Assembly: GCA_051294905.1 (NCBI GenBank)
Contig: CM119378.1
Span: 1,116,001 to 1,180,000 of the forward strand
Reading direction: 5' to 3'
Length of the DNA: 64,000 bases
DNA from: Botryllus schlosseri
Lineage: Eukaryota
This document shows positions 1 through 12,930 of the stretch, in pieces. Position numbers and translations under genes: made by a program. The notes beneath the pieces are model-generated. The model made no database searches. It was not told the DNA's origin and saw only the letters and a program-made list of their open reading frames with translations. How positions within the stretch are numbered: the stretch's first letter is position 1; every line of letters starts with the position of its first letter.

Positions 1-246
1 TATGTATTTCGTAAAGACAGTCATAAATTATGGTGCAGCCAGAAAGACATTGGGAAAGAGGGAAAATAAAACAGTAGTCGAACTGTGACGAAGCAAACAA
101 AACATGACGTGTAGTCATCCTAAAACTGAGCGAACGAGGAATGCAAGTTGAGAAACTTTCTTCTCTTTCTGCGCATAAACGATCAAAAAGGATGAGAAAA
201 TGAATAATATCGTTCTGATGTATGAAAACTCTGTTTTGAACTAGAC

Positions 247-753
247 CAGTGGTTTTCAGAGTGCGTGAATTTGAGAAACAGAGGACGAAATTGACGAATG
301 GGGGGGGGGGTCAAATATAACATTCTGTCAATTTATTTAATTGACAGTCTGGTTTTCTGCCGGGTTCAATGTATAATCGAACTCGACTGATGTAGAATGA
401 AAATCGACTCAATGCTCGACTCATCCTAGCCCGCGAAATGTGACAAGGATCAAATCGGGGAAAATTTACTTCAAATTACAGAAATTGAACTTATTTACGA
501 ATACTCTTAGCTTTGTAGCAGCGTGTTGTTGTAGTCAATAAAAAAACTACTTTTTCACTTGCCAAAATTAAGTAGCCTATCAGTATCAAAATCCGTTAAA
601 TCAGACGTGGCGTACCAAACTCGAGTAATTGAAACAAATGTAGAACTAAAGTAGCCTACTACGGAAAAATAGTACTTCGATACTGATCACCTCAATAAAG
701 ATTTGTCGAGTTTGATAAAGGGGCGATGAGACAAAATAGTGTGGGAACCACTG
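247..753. mobile_element. hAT (Charlie/Buster-like) MITE
   Basis: Termini CAGTGGTTTTCA / TGGGAACCACTG; flanks AACTAGAC / GCCTAGAT (degenerate xxCTAGAx target). The right end is nearly identical to that of the element at 3408-3777. Confidence 0.65.
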
Positions 754-884
754 GCCTAGATTATACGACATTTTGATAACTTGACCAAAATCAGAAGTTT
801 CAGCCGAGACGCATTGTCGCGCTGGCGGGCCTCTCGATGCAATCACTAGACGCAGTGAGGTCACTCACACAGAAGACATGCACG

Positions 885-2666
885 TTATAAGTTCATAGTC
901 GAAGGTATTATACACGTGCACCCGGTGATGACGTTGTACTTCATTTTCTTTCCGTTCTTACGAACAATGATCGATGCGGTCATGTTGTGCGATACCAGGC
1001 TGTGATCTGGAGACATCATGGCCAGATCGAAGCAATGCTCACACAGACAGGCTTGATGGATGATAACCCGCGGATGTCTGTAACGTAAAACATTACACAT
1101 TAAACATTACAGATCTAAGTACACATCTAAAATATTACTATAGATTACTGGCGCGCATAATATACAGTGTTTTTTAGAGAGTTTTAAAAGAACTGAGCCA
1201 TGTATGATTTTCACAAACCGCGAAAACATTATAATGAATATTCATTGCAAATCAGTGTAGCTTCTGCTGTTCCTTTTCAGAAACCAGTTTGAAAGGCGAG
1301 GTTTCACTTGAGAAAGTGTCATCGTATTGTACTGTCGAAGCGCAGAAGCATGATAACAATTGCATAAATTCAAATGAGATAATATACTGGAGATAAAATC
1401 AGCATTACAGAATAGCGGGGTTTCGATTCCGAACCTCAACCTCCCCTGCGTACGTCATTGCACAATAGTCACAATTCGACTATTGATCGCGCGTAATTGC
1501 CTGCACACCATGATGACCAAGACAGGCGACCGAGCGTGTTATCACGAACTATATGTGCGAGTTGGGTGCGTGTCTTGAGTCTTGACGTCTAGCGCGCGGA
1601 ACCTCGGTTAAGATCTAAATTATAAATCCCACAAGAGCGACTCACCTTGTCGGGTCGAAGTCAACGATTGGTCCGGACGGCGAGATGCTCCTTGATTTCA
1701 GGTCGTCAGATCCGGAAAAATATTCGTCGAAATCCGGGCATCGACGCGACCCCGAATTAAGCTGATTTTCGAGCCTCTGAACTTGTTCGCCGGTGAACGA
1801 GTGCGATTGCCTGCGATAAAATGAGATTTTGATTAGCGGGAGCAGTGGTTTATAACCGAGCATGGTTATAAACAATAGTTTCTCTGGATTATTACAGCGA
1901 ATGGGATTAGGCAATACGATACACTGATTGGGAAGAACTTCAAAGCTGATCAACAACTCCATCAAATGGTGGGAAGATTTAGCGTTTCATGTCCTGTCCA
2001 CTAAGGCAAACACATTTAGGGTTCAGTTACGTATGCACCTTCAAAAATATCATTTCCGCTGCAGAAAACGATGTGGCTGTAACGCATAGAGGTAAATTAA
2101 GACCCATGGTTATTTTATGATATCGTTACCCAGCATAGTTCCATATCTATGTTTCTCACTCTACAAATCGCTTTACATTTGGTTTCGACAGACTAATCTC
2201 CCGCTGTTAATTTAGGCCTATGGAAAATATTGAAAAGCGGTTGTTTGATTCGATCGGAAAGACATTTTCAGTATCTGATTCAAATCACCTGTGATTCGAT
2301 TTTACCCGTGCCCTAATAATGACCTCTGTATCAGTCCGATCTTGCAAAGTGGGCTTCTGTGGCGTTGTAAATCGATAATAATGCGTTATACTATAGATCG
2401 AGCATTTTATGCTGAAACCCCGGCGTTGATATGTCAGACCTCCTAGCGTGCAATGATTTGCAGCATATAGCAACGTCAATAACGCAGTCGTTGCGTCAGA
2501 ACGCTCCCGTCTCGTCTGCTTACCTGCTCCGCGAGCGGTCAATTCCTTTCTCTTGATCCAGAAAGTCTGCGCAAATATGTTCGTGATACTTTCTTGTGTT
2601 CTGAGAAGGCACGGCTGTTGCCAGGTGGAAAATAATGCAAATCCAACTCAGTCCATTGATTGTCAT
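885..2666 (-). CDS. IL17: Interleukin-17 family cytokine, 3 coding exons, about 166 aa
   Basis: Manually spliced exons 2666-2524, 1810-1646 and 1077-885 with GT/AG introns and matching phase 2/2. Product: signal peptide MTINGLSWICIIFHLATA, then ...RSISPSGPIVDFDPTRHPRVIIHQACLCEHC...LVS...VITGCTCIIP, which matches the IL-17 cystine-knot pattern RS.SP...D..R.P..I....C....C...S...GCTC..P. Confidence 0.88.
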
Positions 2667-2957
2667 CTTCGATGCGTGGTTGTCGTTCTGTCGCGGTGGA
2701 TGGTGAATTTCAATGTTCCATAATCTGCAGCGGAACGTTTTTATATCCTACATTTGTGAAAGAGATTTTAGGACGAAAAAATGTGGGCCGATCGCTTTCT
2801 CTTCGACGCATTCGAACGTAGCGTCGATTCATCGTACGATTCAGTGGATACTATTTACTATTTAAGCCTGGGTTTTTCCCCCGTAAATTTCCTGTAAGAG
2901 CAGACCTGGGTAACTAGATAATTCTAGTTGTGCAATGAGAGTAATTAAGGTACAATG

Positions 2958-4606
2958 TAGCGTTGGGACCCCGGGAAATCCGGATCCCGGAATCCCGGGA
3001 TTTGAAGCAATCCCGAACCCGGGATTAATCGCAATGAAATCCCGGGATTTGTAAACAGCATCTACCAAGGCTTACGTAGCGTCATGTCTCTATAAAGCAG
3101 TGTTACAAACTCGGCTGATTGTCTAAAACAATTCACAATTATATGATAATAAAACCAACTACGGCATAAAATGAACTGCACAATCATTTACGTCATAGTC
3201 TACGGATCGTAGCAGTGTAACTCAGTATCGGGGCGTTGCAAAGACGATGCTGTGGAGGTGACATACAGGCCGGGATAATAGCGAATTTTGAAGATGTCAG
3301 TGCGACGAAAAAATCAGTTGTGTGGCAAAACTTTTTGTTTTGTAAATCTACAGAAAAAGCCAAATGTAACTTGTGTCAAGACGTTTTAAAAGCTTCAGGG
3401 TCCAGCACAGCGGTTCCCATAGTGGACGATTTTGAAAAATAGGGGGCGATCAGCGGCGAAAATCAGTTCAGTGAGATATATTTAATCAACACGGGCAAAA
3501 AATGCATGTGAACATGGCTTATTCTGCATACGACGCCAAAGTTGACTAAAATATGGTCAACTTAACGGCGGAAACCGGTTTTTGGAGCACCTACTCGGAA
3601 AAATTACCTTTTTAATTACTCAATTCTTTGGCGATCAAAGTAGTTAGGTGAATGATTTTCCCGTTTATATTTCCTCTTCTTCGGATCCGTAAATATGGGG
3701 TGATAGGGGATGGGGGGCGAAAATGTGTGCCAAGGTTGATAAGGGGGCGATGAGACGAAAAAGGTTGGGAACCACTGGTATAGCATAAAGGGACTGGTAA
3801 CGTATTTAAGGTCCGTACGCATGATAGTAATTAAATCAACCCGCATGACTCAATCGGGCAAGTCAAAAAATATCATTCCTTTTATAAATCGCATCATCCT
3901 CGAGGAACTTCCTAGCCAACCGGGGTAGAATTCTCAAAATGCGGTGAATTTTTCCCACTTTGCGGTCGGTTCACTAAAAAAAAAAAAAAAAAAAAAAGGT
4001 CTTCAATTCGCTCAGAGCTGAAATCACCGCCTTTCCTCCGAAATACCCGCCGGAGCTTCACTTCTGCGCTAATTTGCGGCATATCACTCGCAATTTCCTC
4101 TATATCTGACCTAAATTTTCAAAAAAGAGGACAAAAGAGTGTCCTCCGAGGACACTTTCAAAAAAGTCAAAAAAGAGGACAAATCTTCTTAAAAGAGGAC
4201 GTATGGTAAGCCTATTTAAGGCTGACGGCTATAACTTGCCAATATGTCACAAACGGATTCGGTACTTCGTGATCGAGCACAAAAAAAAGTCCGCAAGTGT
4301 GTGGAAGAAGAGCTTATGGCAATGTAACGGAATGATGGACGTTTTTCGATCACGTTGGACAAATCAACTCCTACACGAAGCAGGTGGTACATGAATTTAA
4401 ACGCTCATTATCCGGAGGCTTTCGATCGCTGCGTTTCATTCGTATTCACGGGAGCTTGTTATTGCGTCAATATTACAAGGAATAAATGTTGTCTGTGTAG
4501 CTTGTATGTGCATTTTCCTACTTTGCCAATCCCGGGAAATCCCGGGATTGAGGAGCGATAATCCCGATCCCGGGATTTGAAATTTGATCCCGAAGTCCCA
4601 ACCCTA
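2958..4606 (+). mobile_element. Decayed hAT transposon with transposase remnants and nested insertions
   Basis: Perfect 8-bp TSD GTACAATG (2950-2957, 4607-4614); TIR TAGCGTTGGGAC / GTCCCAACCCTA; subterminal ATCCCGGGAT repeats. BED-finger-like KKSVVWQNF..KAKCNLCQDVLKASGSS at ~3306-3407 and hAT-like FSITLDKSTPTRSRWYMNLNAH at ~4343-4410. Confidence 0.85.
3408..3777. mobile_element. hAT MITE nested in the BED-finger coding region of the 2958-4606 element
   Basis: Termini CAGCGGTTCCCA / TGGGAACCACTG; TSD GTCCAGCA / GTATAGCA (6/8). Removing it rejoins ASGSS-IKGLVTYLRS in frame. Confidence 0.75.
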
Positions 4607-7163
4607 GTACAATGTCGGTATTATCATTCTAATCTAATTTGTGATATGTTTTTATGCTCTAATTTTAATTCTAATCTAATGTCCCATTTTCCTGAAAGCG
4701 CTGGTAGAACAGCATAGTTAGAAACGAGCCAAGCTTGATGTACAGGCAATTTTTATTCGCGCATGCTTATGAACGAACTCTGATATTTGTATTCCTTTCT
4801 ACTTTATTCAATCTCCAAGTTTTTGCAAATCCAATAATTCTAATTCTAGAATCAAGTTTGAAAAATTTATATGTATCTACCATTCTAATTCTTATCTAAT
4901 TTGCAAAAGCTGAAAATGTTCTCGTTGTCTATGAGTAATATTGGGTATGAAGACCAACGGCCACTCGATCGACTATAGTTGAGTGGTCTTGGTATGAGAT
5001 CAACGTGATTTTATGTGAATTTAGTTGCCGTATTCACGATGTTTGTCACATCAACGAAAGAACAGAACAGTCGAAGTACCATCAAATGGTGAATTATCCA
5101 GATACCAATCAACTTGCGCAACGTAAATTGCAGGCCTGCGTGAGTTGCAGGCCGCTATAGCAGGCAGCGTCTTGACGCGGCGGTTGGAGGCCTGATGACG
5201 CAAACAAGTTTCTATGTGCATCGTACAATTAACTTAAACTGATCATATTGAAGAAAATAAATAGATTATACGGTGATGCAACACGACTAAAAGTACACGT
5301 GTCACAATATACCGGATCGCGCGATGTATCCAATTGTTCTTGCGTTGGAATGGTCCATCGATTACGCTCACGTTCGTGTCTGAGTTGAGAGAATGCGATC
5401 ATCGAAAGCCAATCTTTCATTTTCGGAAAAAAAATAACTTCGTATAAAAGCAGTTCACGCAACTTTACGCGTCAGTCTTCAGATATTCGGGGGCTCTTTC
5501 TATTCCGCTGACAGGCAGTTTTGGCGCCACCTATAGTCCTTTTATGTATGATTTTGCAGCAACTGTGTCGGTAATGATTCAAGCAAAACCGATCAAATTG
5601 TCTTCCCTGAATATGATTTGAAATCAAAGCCAGAATGATTGAAACTTAAATTGTAACCATCGGCAGCTCAATATCATTTCAAATGTGCACTGTTCGCGCA
5701 GTTGGTCTCAGCTCTAGCGTGTTTCCAAGTGTCAGCACAGTTCAGTTTATTTATATTTTCATCACACCACAAGATTATGATAAACTAAAAGATAATAAGG
5801 AGTAGAAACGACTTGGAGTAGTCTTTTAATCAAAAGTTGACCTTAGCATAAATTATGCAATTCATTTTTTCGCTTATCCTTTTATGTTATTATATTCTGG
5901 TGATGGGTAGGCCTATTGACATAGACAAGTGGTCGGTAACCTATGGCTCTTTTGAGTATAAGAATTTTTAATTTTGTAATAACTTTATCAATATTGCAGC
6001 AACTTGTTGGTAAATTTTCATAACGGCAAGAATAATTATTCTCGTGGTAGCCTAAACATGTCTTTGAGAGGTCAAGACAGTGGGTCATCCAGGGTTAGGA
6101 CCTCGCATCTCCCTTTCAAAATCCTCAAATTTTCAAATTGCTGTCGCGTCGGCGACTAACGTCACTCGCGAATTCGATGTAGCTGACATCGCGCCCCTCG
6201 AAATTTTGGATTGTATGATACCTTGATTGATCGAAAAGAATATAGCAGACATGGAGACGCTTGCATGACAATGCAGTTTTCGAATACACATCTTCTTCCT
6301 GATCTACGCCAAGAAATGAACTGCCTTGTAAGTGACATTCACAATTATAGAAATTCAAATTAACAACAACGCCATTGCTATCGATGTTTTTGATTGGTAA
6401 GTAGCTTTCTAGTACCGCGGTTAAATGTAGGTGTGTAGCGCAACGTTTTGTTAGCCGAATACTGGAGAAGTCGATCAATATTTAGATATTCGGAATCAGT
6501 ACGACAATTACGTTCGATTAATGTCGGTGATTATAAATGCTCAGCTATTTACGATGAGTCGCGCTATCCCGGGTGATGCTTGGCCCGTCTGTGCCTTACA
6601 TCCGGCTTCGTGCTTATTTTCGAACAATAAATTTGAAAATTACTTGATTTTGGGAGTAAAAATGTTCAAAATCTAGTCATTCATAAGCAATGAACATCGA
6701 TAGAAAATACCAATGATAATCATTGAAGGTTTCAATGTATGTAGGCCTACTTCTGTAGTGATAATGTTATTTGGCTCCACCTACGCATGTGAGCAGAGAA
6801 AATATGGCGTACACTACGAATTCCATGTGTAGGCCTATTAGTGCTACCAATGACTCTTTGAGAGTTTTATTTGAAAATGTTGGGTCAATATGGCTCTTCG
6901 GTCGAAAAAGGTTCCCGGCCCCTGATATAGACCGTACGCCAGCCGTTCCCAAACGTTTTCAGCTTATGGCGCACTAAAAAAATTATAAAACTCTCGTGGC
7001 ACACTTAGGCAGAGAAAGGTTGCTTTATAAAAAATGGACGTGGTTGTTTATACGAACAGTACATACAACAGAAACGATGTACCCGCATTTCGTTCCTTCT
7101 CGCAATCTCATCCCCGTCAGCGCTCGGTGTCTTTAAACGCCGAGAAGTGGCCCGTGCTACAAC

Positions 7164-7619
7164 TAGGGTTGCATTTAAAACAAAAATCAATTTAAAACAA
7201 ACATGTTTAAAACAATACCCTTATTTAAAACATGCTTTTTATTGTTTTTATGTTTGTTTGTTTTTTATCAAACCATGACGTCACCAATATTCAATTTTGA
7301 CGTCATAGTGGATTGGTATTGACAATTGAAAATATAGGGTAAATATAGCTCCTTTGACGAAATATCTGTACTATAATTATTGAACCGACTATTTTGAGGG
7401 TTCCAACCATCCCATATCGATATGCGTCGGCTAAATTGGGTGGTAAGTGTCCGTCGGTTCATACAACATGTTTTGGGAAGTATTTACACAATTATGGCAC
7501 AATTTTACAGCTTAAATAAAAAACAATTTTACTTTTTTTCAAACGGCCTTTGTTTATAACACTGTTTAAAACATGTTTTAAACAAACGTTTTAAAACACC
7601 GTTTGTGAATGCAACCCTA
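7164..7619. mobile_element. hAT-type MITE
   Basis: Perfect 8-bp TSD GCTACAAC; TIR TAGGGTTGCATT / AATGCAACCCTA; subterminal TTTAAAACA repeats. Confidence 0.85.
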
Positions 7620-10600
7620 GCTACAACCTACAATTCGTCAGCTACGGAATCAAAAATAAGGAATATAGACATGGTGTAAATGACCATTGTAGTCGGCAAG
7701 ACATCACGAATACCACAAACACCAGCAACAACCCGCATTTCGTCATTAGCTCAAAGCAGCGTCTCTCGCTTAAGCCTCCTTTCCTGTGCCTTTGTGTAGC
7801 TCATGTTCATTGTTGCCTCGGTCACTGAGCTGAGTATCGCACGTGACATTGATTGATTGCTTAGCTTACACGTCTTGACCAGGTATTTCTAGAAATCCCT
7901 GTCTTGACTGGTGTTTAGGTTGATGGACGTGTACAATTGGCCAGAAGATCGCATGCGATGGTAGAGAGAGGTCGACTGTTGTTGCTGTTGTGCCTTGTGG
8001 CAAATTCTGTTTTAATCCTTGTAATAAACTTCGCATTAATTCCCGGCAAAAATGAAAAGCTATGGTCACGAAGTCATGAGAATGCAAATGATAACATCAT
8101 CGTGGCTGTTTTTGCACCAGAATAGGATTTGGAAGGAGACAGCCGAAACTCGTCCAACTTCTTTTGTATAGAAAGAGTTTTTTTTTTTAAATCGAGCATT
8201 TTCGTAAATGAATTTAGCTGATCTTCTGCTGAAATATGGCTTGATTTATTACGATGTCATAATGGGTTTCATCGTGATTATTTATCAACTGTCAAAGAAG
8301 TGAGAGCGCCTTCAAGTCGCATGTGTTAGTCTTCAGACATTTTCGAAAATATCTATATAGCCTTGCTCATCTAAAATAAATTCCACAATATTTGTGTCGC
8401 ACCCAATAATCTGTGGCGGCAAACTTATGTGTCGCGGCACACAGTTTGGGAATCACCCCCGTACTCATAGCGATAAAGTTGTGTAATATTCATTATACCG
8501 TTATATAAGGGTGTGAATATACAATCGTATTAAGTGAAACCAGAACCTACCTCAGACTTACATGTTACATCACGCTATAAATCAAACTTAACATAATAGT
8601 CCAAATGATGCTTGCACGTAGGGGCTAAGGAAGGTATGCACAATGCACATATGCAGGTATTATTTATAACCGCGATATAATTCTGAGTTAAGTAGGCCTA
8701 CGTTTCCGCGTACCACCTTATGGGTGTGAAACACACTTTTTTCGCTAAGAGTGTCGTGGACTTTTCAACATCTTACTGTACGTTCATATCGCATTGTGTT
8801 TTGAGCGGATGAAAATAATATACGTTCCCGACTATGATTATGTGACTCTGTGCTATGCAACAGGGCAAAACTTGGCTGTAATGAAGAAAAAGCCTAACAG
8901 AGATCAACCATGTGCTATGATGTTCCTGACGCTCTATCACCAGTAAAACTCAATATATATCCTGTCATGCGACAGGTAGGCTAGCCTATTCGTCCATGCG
9001 TTTGACGCTTGTCTGCGGAAATTCTTTTCCCGGTTATCAGAAGCTGCCTTGAGCGGCTTATACATAGCTAAGGGCTACCATGCGTCCTGAGATGTCGTGA
9101 ATTAGCACCGAAGTAACGCTCCGGCTGGTATTTCGGGAGATGAGCTGGAAAGTTGAGTTTTTTTAGTCAACCACCGGATAATGTGAAGGAACAAACTGAA
9201 TTTCGAGCGTTGACCAAAAAAAAATAACCGGTTTTTTAGTCATTTGCCATTTTTCAGGATTTTCCACCTGTTTTGCAAGATTGATTTTTTTAAAAAGTGT
9301 CCTCTTTTCAGATTCCCAAAATATGGTAACTTTAGCTAATATGTTCGCATTGATATGAGGAAATTGACGAGAACTAGGCAATTCACAGAAACAAACAACA
9401 ACTGTCTAACATATTTTTGGGAAGTCGAGAACATCCCAGAATAATTGGTTTCCAAGGTCCCCGTATACGGAACTCCATATCTTCAAACAAATGTCTCACG
9501 AACATCTTACAGCAAAGTATGTAAATTCTTTGTGAAATCGTTAATAAGTATCTCTTTGCCTAGTTTATGTTCTTGTCACCAGTGCCAAATCAATATCTTG
9601 ACCATTCTTTGGGTTACCTCCTGTGAGGTTCAGTTTTCATCTGTCTTGATACATTGGGAACGTGTTATATTCTGCTTCAAGTTTCATATTACAACCAGTC
9701 TCTGATACTGCTGGCTGTAGCCGACTTGATGATCTCCCGATCCCTTCGCTACAGCCTGGTTCTGAATTGAATTATATAGACTTTGGTTTGTACTCGTGTG
9801 TTTTCATTTTCATGGAACCGAATAAATTCTCTCTCTCTCTCTTTTAAGGGGTCAAAAAGAGCCGCGGTTGGGCATCGCTGAGCTAGGTACACGACAGAAC
9901 TCCCTATACATCCCTGCACTATACGAGACACGCTTGCTTAGCCGGAAAAATCCAATATCTTCTTCACACATAATATTATATAACAACATCGTATAATCAT
10001 ACATGATCACAGTCACGGGGAGCACAACAACGTAACAAAAATGGGCTGCGATAGTTTACGGAGAGTATATTTCGGACTTGTGTGCAATTAGAAACGTCGA
10101 GATAACTCAAATTGCAAGCCTTCAGGAGTGATTGTAGTCCAGGATAAAACACAGTGCAGTAAGACGAAGAAAATTATTCCTTCCATAACAGGGGTTTCCA
10201 ACCTGGATGCCATGGACCTTGTTCAAGGGGGGAGGAACTGTCATATTGTTTGTTGCAATTGTATCATTTTATCATTCTAATTAACGGTTACCATATAAAC
10301 CAGTGTATCATTTGAAATAATGTTCCTTAATTTTTTTTAAAGTTGAAAATAATTTGGGAGTCCATTGATTTTTCAAAGGGGCCACTGTGTAAAAAGGTTG
10401 GTAACCCCTGTTCTAAAGCAACGCATGGCTGAGCAATTTCAGACTCAAATCTGGATAGTAGAAAGATCTCGTGGATATTTTCGAGATTTGATGACTAATG
10501 CCGGAATTCACCGACTGTCCCGTGTTCTGATCATGACAATGCTGACACCAGTTGGTTGATCAGTCGGTGAATTCCACAAACTACTTTGGTAATTTGGTAT

Positions 10601-11628
10601 GGATTTTGTGTGATCTGCTTCGTGCTCAGGGTAGGTAAGTGCCCTTCACCATCACTAATGGACCTCTAAACTTGCCACATTTTTTCTGATTGTTTGATTG
10701 TGAGTAGAAAATGGAGCACGCTTTTGTGTACAATCTTAGAGTTGGTCAGTTCTAGGGAACAAAGAGTTACAAAATATAGATTTGAAAAATACAAAATATG
10801 CAATATAGCGATGATAATTGTGCCATTGAAGCATTTGCTTTGCAGTCGACACGAACTCTGCCGGCAGTCTGGAGCAGAGGAGGTCGATGACCAAGTATAC
10901 TTGTATTTTTTCAGAGTACTCAAGTAGATTTGGCCTACTTGGACTAGTTACTCGAGTGATAATGTTTTTGACTACTTCCACTTCAACAGTTTTTAGGCAA
11001 ACTTCGTACTTTCTACATTTTGGCTTTTGAAAAGTAGAAGGTAGATTGATGATGTATTAGCATCGCATTTATGAGTGAAACTGTCATAAGAACCTATTTG
11101 AAATGCCATTAGTAGGCCTAGAACCTGATAATGACCAATAATATCCTCTCATTAACACACTTTGATAAAATTGTCGGACATTCCGGCAACGTCACAACAT
11201 AGAGATTATTGATTTGAAGTTTCGGAAATGCACATAAACTAAATGCCATAACATCTGAATATCGGCTGAATATATCGTGGTTATCAATGCGAATGCTTAG
11301 TTAACGATTTTATTGGTATCGGCTCAAAAATACGATATCAGTTTGGGTCTAGTCATTCATCCAATTACCTGCTAAAAGCATTCAAAGCCTTGACCAAAAT
11401 CGACTTTTGTGAACTTTTCGAGTAGTACTTTGGAGGCTTTATAATTTCTACTTCCACTTCAAAAAGTTTTGACATTGCTCGTCATTTGCTACTTATACTT
11501 GGAATTGAGCATAAATTTATGGCTTTACTTTCACTTTGACCGCCTCTGCTCTGAATAAGGCAGTTTCGAGTATAATTCTTAACAGGCGAGGGCCGCATAG
11601 TTAACCGCTACATGATTTCATTTTAGCA

Positions 11629-12930
11629 TCAATTTCTGCGATTCTCAAGTTCCTCCTCGCTGTTACGAATTTCCGGTACATGATCGGATACTCTGCTGTG
11701 AGACGCATAAGACTGTTGCCTGCCGTATCCCAGAATATTCGACATTTCCCCGTCAGAAGACGATGGCGTCAACAGCGATGACATTTCGCTGAATTTTTCG
11801 CTGTCATCTTCAAACCCGCTTTTCTTTGTACGAAGCCACTGGGGTCTAACGGGGATCACACGTTCCCCAACCTCTCTCACATGATTTGCTACGTCGCGTC
11901 GAACATCAGACACGTCCCACATGCTCCGAAACGAGCGATACCACGGAATATTGTGTTCCGTCGTCACAAAAGGTTGGTACGAGAACGAAAAATGATGGGC
12001 TATCGCGGCAATCAGCATCTCGACACATATTATGAAATCTTGTAATCCGTTGGCCATTGAATCTCTCGTGTGCCAACCCCATTTCTCTTGAAACGGGATC
12101 ACTTGAATGATCACTGCGATCGCCACGGCTTGCCAAAACGAAGCGAAAACTACTAATTTAACACACCATAGTTTTGACACAGGATGGATTGGCTTTAACT
12201 CTTCCCGCGTCGCCAAGTAGAATAACAAGAGACAGTACATCGCCCAGATTTGAGATGCATTATTGATGAATACAACCCACACCCAAGCATACGCGGGACT
12301 GAAGTTACCTTCATGGTATCTCCCGGATAGTTCGCATATAAGTGCAATAATTGTTGTGATCGGCCGCAAAATTGTGTATTGCAACACACCTTGCTTGCAA
12401 CGTTCAATGAAAATACCTCCCATTGGCCACGGGCTGAGACAACAGAACGGAAAAGTGTGCTTTTGTTGCGATTTTGCGCCCAGAGTCCCAGCCAATTCAT
12501 ATTCTCTGGACAGATAATTCAGGAGATACGCCATGAAGTTGTAAATAACGTAAGCTTCATAACATTCGCGAGCCGTATCAAAGTAAATAGCGTAGTCAGG
12601 GATTATGATTGCTATCAAGGAGTCAATAGAGTATATTGGCACCATCCACAGTATTCTGATGATGTGCTTCTGAAGTTCAGGCTGTGTGTAGTAAATCAGA
12701 TGTTGTAGTATCGTCCAAAACGATATCGGGATCGTGAAAGTAACGAATATCAACGCTATCAGCCATGATTCCTTTTTCGGCTTTGTTTTATTCCATTCCA
12801 AATATACTGCCACAAGAGGCACTGTCACTAGCAGTAGAATGATGTAAATCACCAAAACCACCGGCCTAATCCAACTCCTCCATCCTTTCAAAGTAATCCT
12901 CGAGCGGGCTGGTGCCTCTTGGTCATCCAT
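11629..12930 (-). CDS. TMEM184C: TMEM184C-like organic solute transporter (OST-alpha family), no coding introns
   Basis: 433-aa ORF with IIRILWMVPIYS, RECYEAYVIYNF, KLVVFASFWQ and LQDFIICVEMLIAAIAHHFSFSY motifs; N-terminus WRSWIRP typical of TMEM184C. Confidence 0.9.
   Translation of the reverse strand: MDDQEAPARSRITLKGWRSWIRPVVLVIYIILLLVTVPLVAVYLEWNKTKPKKESWLIALIFVTFTIPISFWTILQHLIYYTQPELQKHIIRILWMVPIYSIDSLIAIIIPDYAIYFDTARECYEAYVIYNFMAYLLNYLSREYELAGTLGAKSQQKHTFPFCCLSPWPMGGIFIERCKQGVLQYTILRPITTIIALICELSGRYHEGNFSPAYAWVWVVFINNASQIWAMYCLLLFYLATREELKPIHPVSKLWCVKLVVFASFWQAVAIAVIIQVIPFQEKWGWHTRDSMANGLQDFIICVEMLIAAIAHHFSFSYQPFVTTEHNIPWYRSFRSMWDVSDVRRDVANHVREVGERVIPVRPQWLRTKKSGFEDDSEKFSEMSSLLTPSSSDGEMSNILGYGRQQSYASHSRVSDHVPEIRNSEEELENRRN

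Noticed and set aside
7937..8125. Short hydrophobic ORF resembling a type II membrane protein start
   Set aside because: It stops early, has no convincing donor or downstream exons, and lies in a repeat-like interval (~6939-8458).
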